Assembly: GCA_950097015.1 (NCBI GenBank)
Contig: CATNEN010000003.1
Span: forward strand, 7,316,001 to 7,380,000
Reading direction: 5' to 3'
DNA length: 64,000 nucleotides
Source of the DNA: Macrostomum hystrix
Lineage: Eukaryota > Animalia > Platyhelminthes
The translations under genes and the position numbers were made by a program. Below the pieces are notes generated by a model, which was not told the DNA's origin, made no database searches, and saw only the letters and a program-made list of their open reading frames with translations. Of the stretch, positions 59,834 to 64,000 are shown piece after piece. The number at the start of each line of letters is the position of its first letter. The stretch's first letter is position 1.

Positions 59834-61721
59834 TTAGGAATAGACGCCCTTGGCGGAAGCCGAGCCTCGGACAGCGTTTTCAGCTGACAGATTGCGAGAT
59901 ATCGAGCCCACAGCGGTTGTCATGCTACTGCATCCTCGGAGGCTGCCGCCGCAACCACTCACTGACGGGCCAGTGGTCTGGTGTGGGCCACTCTGACGAG
60001 CCATATCGACCAGGTGAGCACGAAAGCGTCGATCTCTCCAGATCAGAACTAACCAGTTTGCCGCCTGATTAGTCAGCATCAGAATCTGACCAATGTCTCC
60101 GATGTTCAACACAGACCGTAGCACCTGCGCGCTGCCGTCCCTGGCGAACACTGTTCGATGCAGCACCAGCATGGCAACCACGCAGGTAGGCAGACTCGAG
60201 ATCAGAAATATAGCCGACAGTGTCAACACCTGGACTGTTGGGCCAAGCTCTCGAGTCCTGTTGGTTCTTAGCGATGAGGCTACTGTGGATCCATTGTTTT
60301 GGTTCACGACTCGACGAAATCTTTGCCGAAGTCGAACTAGGAGAAGCATATTCAATACAGCGATTAGCAACAATTGCAGAGTCGGTGGAAGCATGAGCAG
60401 CGCATTGCTTAGGATAGTCCACACCTGATGCATTGATTGATTAAATAAGGAAGCTTTTAGCCCAGCGGATAGAGAATAGGAAGTAACAGTAAAAATAACA
60501 AATGTGTCCGTTATGAATGCACGTGATTTTGTTGGTGTTTTAGTTTGCCAAACGGGAAAAAATTGTAAGTATTAATTGACGAATATCCAAAACATATTTT
60601 TAATAAGTGATTAAAAATAGCTCGTATCAGAAGAAGCAGTTTCAATAATAAAACGACACCCTTAGTAATAAACAATAATTCTAAAAGCTAACTTAAAAAA
60701 CTCGCTATTGGCATTCCTATTAACGCAGTTGTTTTTACTCATTCTGCAATATTTCAATAATATCAGTTAACATTTTCGAACGTTTTGTTTAGGTCCGTTT
60801 TTGTATTTGGCGGACCCGAAAATTTTTTCTATAAAAATCGGAAACCGCACTTTTTTAATTGACAATAGTAACTTCCTACCCATGCTACTTTAAGTAGCAA
60901 GGTAATGTTTTGAATTTTATTTTTTTTAAAAGGACAATATTTGTGCTGATCTTTACAGAGTTTTACTCTGTTTTTCGCAGCCTTGAACATGTCGCACCCA
61001 AATCTAAAAATAGTAGCAATGCCTCTCTAGGCCAAGCACAGACCTGCACCCCGTGACCATAGAATGGCACTGCCAGACAGGCTATCCGACCCCGCCAGAA
61101 GTGCCAACCGATGAAGACTGGCACTGGAGCCACCATGAGCAGAGTGATGACCGCTACGACCGCCAGGGCTTGGCCGGCGTCTTTAGGCGAGAGCGATCGA
61201 ACGTGTAACGGCATGTACAAAGCAGCTAGTCTGTCCAGCGTCATCATTAGGAACCAGTTGGCCGACAGGGTGTGAAAAAAGTTGTGCACGAAGCGAAATG
61301 AGCGACAGACAGCGTCTGACGCGTTCGGTATGATAAATCCTGTGGTTCCGCCGCTGATCCATGGCAGACCTCTGGCCAGAAACTGCCAGGCGAGGCCCCA
61401 GCTAATGAGGTTGCCGACATCCGACAGCGAGATGCAGCCTAGGTACACGTGCTGCCGGGTGATAGTATTTCCATTGCATAAGCCTCCAACTGAGCGCTTG
61501 GTTCGCATACGAATGAGCAGTATGTGAGCAGTTAATAGATTTCCGATGCAGCCAAGTGCGACAATGGCTGGTATTACCACACTAGCTAGTATGCCAAGTG
61601 CTGTAGCCGTGATGCAAGCCGCACTATTAGGCTGCTGAAGGCAGTCAATGTGCAGATCATGCATAGTATCCAAGTAGCTGTCATTTTCGTAAAGGTCTAG
61701 AATAGTACTTCTTCGTTCCAT
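59834..61721 (-). CDS. Rhodopsin-class orphan GPCR B, paralog of GPCR A; exons 61721-61044 and 60424-59834
   Basis: Shares GNLISWGLxWQ..GLPWISGG, FVHNFFH.LSANWFL.MTLDR, IACLAVPF, GD.GQIL.L.NQA.NW with GPCR A; phase-0 junction CAG|gtctgt...atcag|GTG restores collinearity. Confidence 0.85.
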
Positions 61722-63163
61722 GATTTCTTACTGACTTTAAAACTGTTTCGTCTGCGCAATAGCGAAGACAAGTACTGTAAGCTTTTATTTGATTTCCCAA
61801 ACGGTTTATCTTATCATTGTTTGCTTATTGCGACGGCGACTTAATCAATATGTTGCTTGTAGTTTAGTAGAGCAATACATATAGATTTTGACACGTCCAA
61901 GATCTTGCATAAACTATGAAGTGTGTTTGCGATTCATAAGGTAAGGGGATAAATATTACACATTTACATTTTACGACGCCTATAAGATGTGGACAAAAAG
62001 TGTCCGTGCAGTTTTTGGGAAAGGCTATGGGAGACTGACTGTCCGAGATAAGGAGTGAAGTTGCAAGCTTAGTGCTGCATGGTGCCTGCATGGGTCAGCT
62101 GTTCCAGGGTGTAGATGTTCTTTTCTGATTTATAAAAGTTTTTGAAAGCTCCTGTGGTTTATGAAACTCGGTGAAATATTTAATACTCGTACAAGTTGCA
62201 GAATGATGAATGAGTACTATTCCGTAAGCACTGTTAACATTTTGCCTTTATCGTCTATGTTGATCTTTTATCAGCTAAACTAAAAATTTAAAGTGTTTTA
62301 TTTTATGCTTTTGCAAGTCAAGGAAATATTGGGTCAGTAAAATAATTACTGCTCACAATTACAAACCACAATTTTATTTTAAAAAATTTTTGTGGATCTT
62401 TACAAAGTTTTTAACAATGAGCAATGTCCTCACAGATATAGCAATAACTTTTAGTCAAAGAACTCAAAAGCTACTTAGCAGAACAACTCAACACACAAAA
62501 ACCAAAAAACCAAAAATCAGCGAAGAAGAATGTACTAGAAGAAGCTATTTGTTGTAGTATGCAAATACGTTTTATAAGAAGCTCCTGTGAAAAAATTGTC
62601 TTTGGATCCCAACTAATATTCAAGAGTACGACTGACAAAGAGAGGCCATCAAATGAAAGAACCTTGGAAAATTGACTGAACATTCCTGCTAAGCCTACAG
62701 CAAAAACAACTTACTGCAAAACATTTTACTTTAGCTTTTCAGCGGTTTCGTCAACATCTTCAACATATCCAGTGTCCATATATTTAGTTGCTAAGTTCCT
62801 AATACAATTAGTTTAATGTTTCACTGGGACAGACAGTCAAATATAGAACAGTATTCTTTCGAAGAAAACGTACCAAGGTTTGTTGGTACGATTATAAAGT
62901 AATAGTCACATTTCGATATGCAGCATAAATATACAGTCATTTTATAAGGATGATAAGGATGCTTTGAATCTGTAGATCCAAATTAAAAGAGCATCATTGA
63001 TGGAAGTTTACAAAATGTTTCTATCAACAAATGTTTGAATAATGAAATAATCAATTTCTTGACACCATTGGTACACGGAGCTAATTAAGTAATTAAGGCT
63101 ATAGTCGACAAAAACCACGACAAACGTAAACTATAAAATTCTCAATGATGTAGCAAATAGTCC

Positions 63164-64000
63164 CTAAGCTGTTGCTCTACCATTGGCTGGTTTTACGTTT
63201 CCAGAGGCGGCAGCAGCAGCAGCTTCGTTGGCGGCCTTTACACTGTATCTGGCGCCGCCGCGTCTTCGAGATCTTGTAAGGCAGCAGAGGACACAGCAGA
63301 CAGTCAGGGAAACAACCACGACGACGATGCACACTACAAGAACAATTAGAAACAGAGTGCTGCCGAGAAACAGTTGCATATTGTCGACGAAATTTGCGCC
63401 AGGTAAAATTCCCGGTGAACTGACATTTCTAAGACCAGATGAAGATTCGATGGGCGCCTCCAGTGTTACGTCGCTGACTTCAGTAGTGACCGTAGCGGGG
63501 GGACTGGCGGTGCTACTTGGAGCTGCTGTACTGGGCCCCAGTGTCACGTACTGAGCCACAACCGGCTTGCCATCGTTCCACCGCTGGCACTGCTGCCAGG
63601 CTGCGGCAGCCTCTGTGTCAGAGCCGCCGCACACGCTAGGATCCCGCAGGCCAGTGATATTGTAGAGTAGCGGCTCCAGCAGCTGCAAGATGTAGTGACG
63701 AGTCACGGCATGACGTAGCAGCTGCGCTCCATGGCCATTGTAGTTAATATAGTTAAAAGACAGTTGAGCTAGGCCTTTCAGTGGGCAGAAAAGACAGCTG
63801 GGTGGTTCGGCAGCCCCAAAGCTTGAATATGATTCTAGTCCAGTCAGCAGGGTGACGTTGAGCAATTTTAGGCCGGACAGGCCGGGGAACCAGTCGCAGG
63901 AGTAGGCAATGATTCGATTCCTGCTTAGGTCCAGGTATTCTAGTTGTTCAGCCTCACAGAAGGCGAACCGATCGATATACTCGATACCATCGTCGCGCAG
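63164..64000 (-). CDS. Leucine-rich-repeat single-pass membrane protein, 3' part (runs off window end)
   Basis: Frame open to 64000: IEYIDRFAF..LEYLDLSRNRI LRR, Ser/Thr/Pro stalk, long hydrophobic TM, Cys cluster and RSRRR stop-transfer. Confidence 0.75.
   Translation of the reverse strand: MRDDGIEYIDRFAFCEAEQLEYLDLSRNRIIAYSCDWFPGLSGLKLLNVTLLTGLESYSSFGAAEPPSCLFCPLKGLAQLSFNYINYNGHGAQLLRHAVTRHYILQLLEPLLYNITGLRDPSVCGGSDTEAAAAWQQCQRWNDGKPVVAQYVTLGPSTAAPSSTASPPATVTTEVSDVTLEAPIESSSGLRNVSSPGILPGANFVDNMQLFLGSTLFLIVLVVCIVVVVVSLTVCCVLCCLTRSRRRGGARYSVKAANEAAAAAASGNVKPANGRATA

Overview
Eukaryotic (metazoan) genomic DNA with GC-richer exons, AT-rich introns and a heavy load of minisatellites and transposons. 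The gene families suggest a free-living flatworm such as Macrostomum, but this is inference only. Genes reconstructed by hand from GT/AG boundaries and reading phase: an LDLRAP1/ARH-like PTB adaptor (-) with an intact long-TIR DD34D mariner in intron 1; an ELOVL6-like elongase (+); a 12-kb TRPA channel gene (-); four rhodopsin-class GPCRs (one melatonin-receptor-like, and two convergent paralogs); a 543-aa two-exon protein made of two tandem, apparently catalytically dead GIY-YIG-like modules; and the 3' part of an LRR transmembrane gene. The ~7.8-kb intron of one GPCR holds a Helitron with a nested hAT MITE, an antisense pseudogene, SINEs and a Gypsy remnant with a nested solo LTR. Highlights: (1) the tandem pseudo-GIY-YIG gene; (2) TRPA introns in which minisatellites are amplified copies of the 5' splice site itself; (3) a cluster of symmetric phase-0 candidate micro-exons and two RFX X-boxes in TRPA; (4) a mariner with ~200-bp TIRs; (5) an HDV-ribozyme-like P3/L3 string in a tRNA-derived SINE. 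All exon models are manual predictions with no transcript support.
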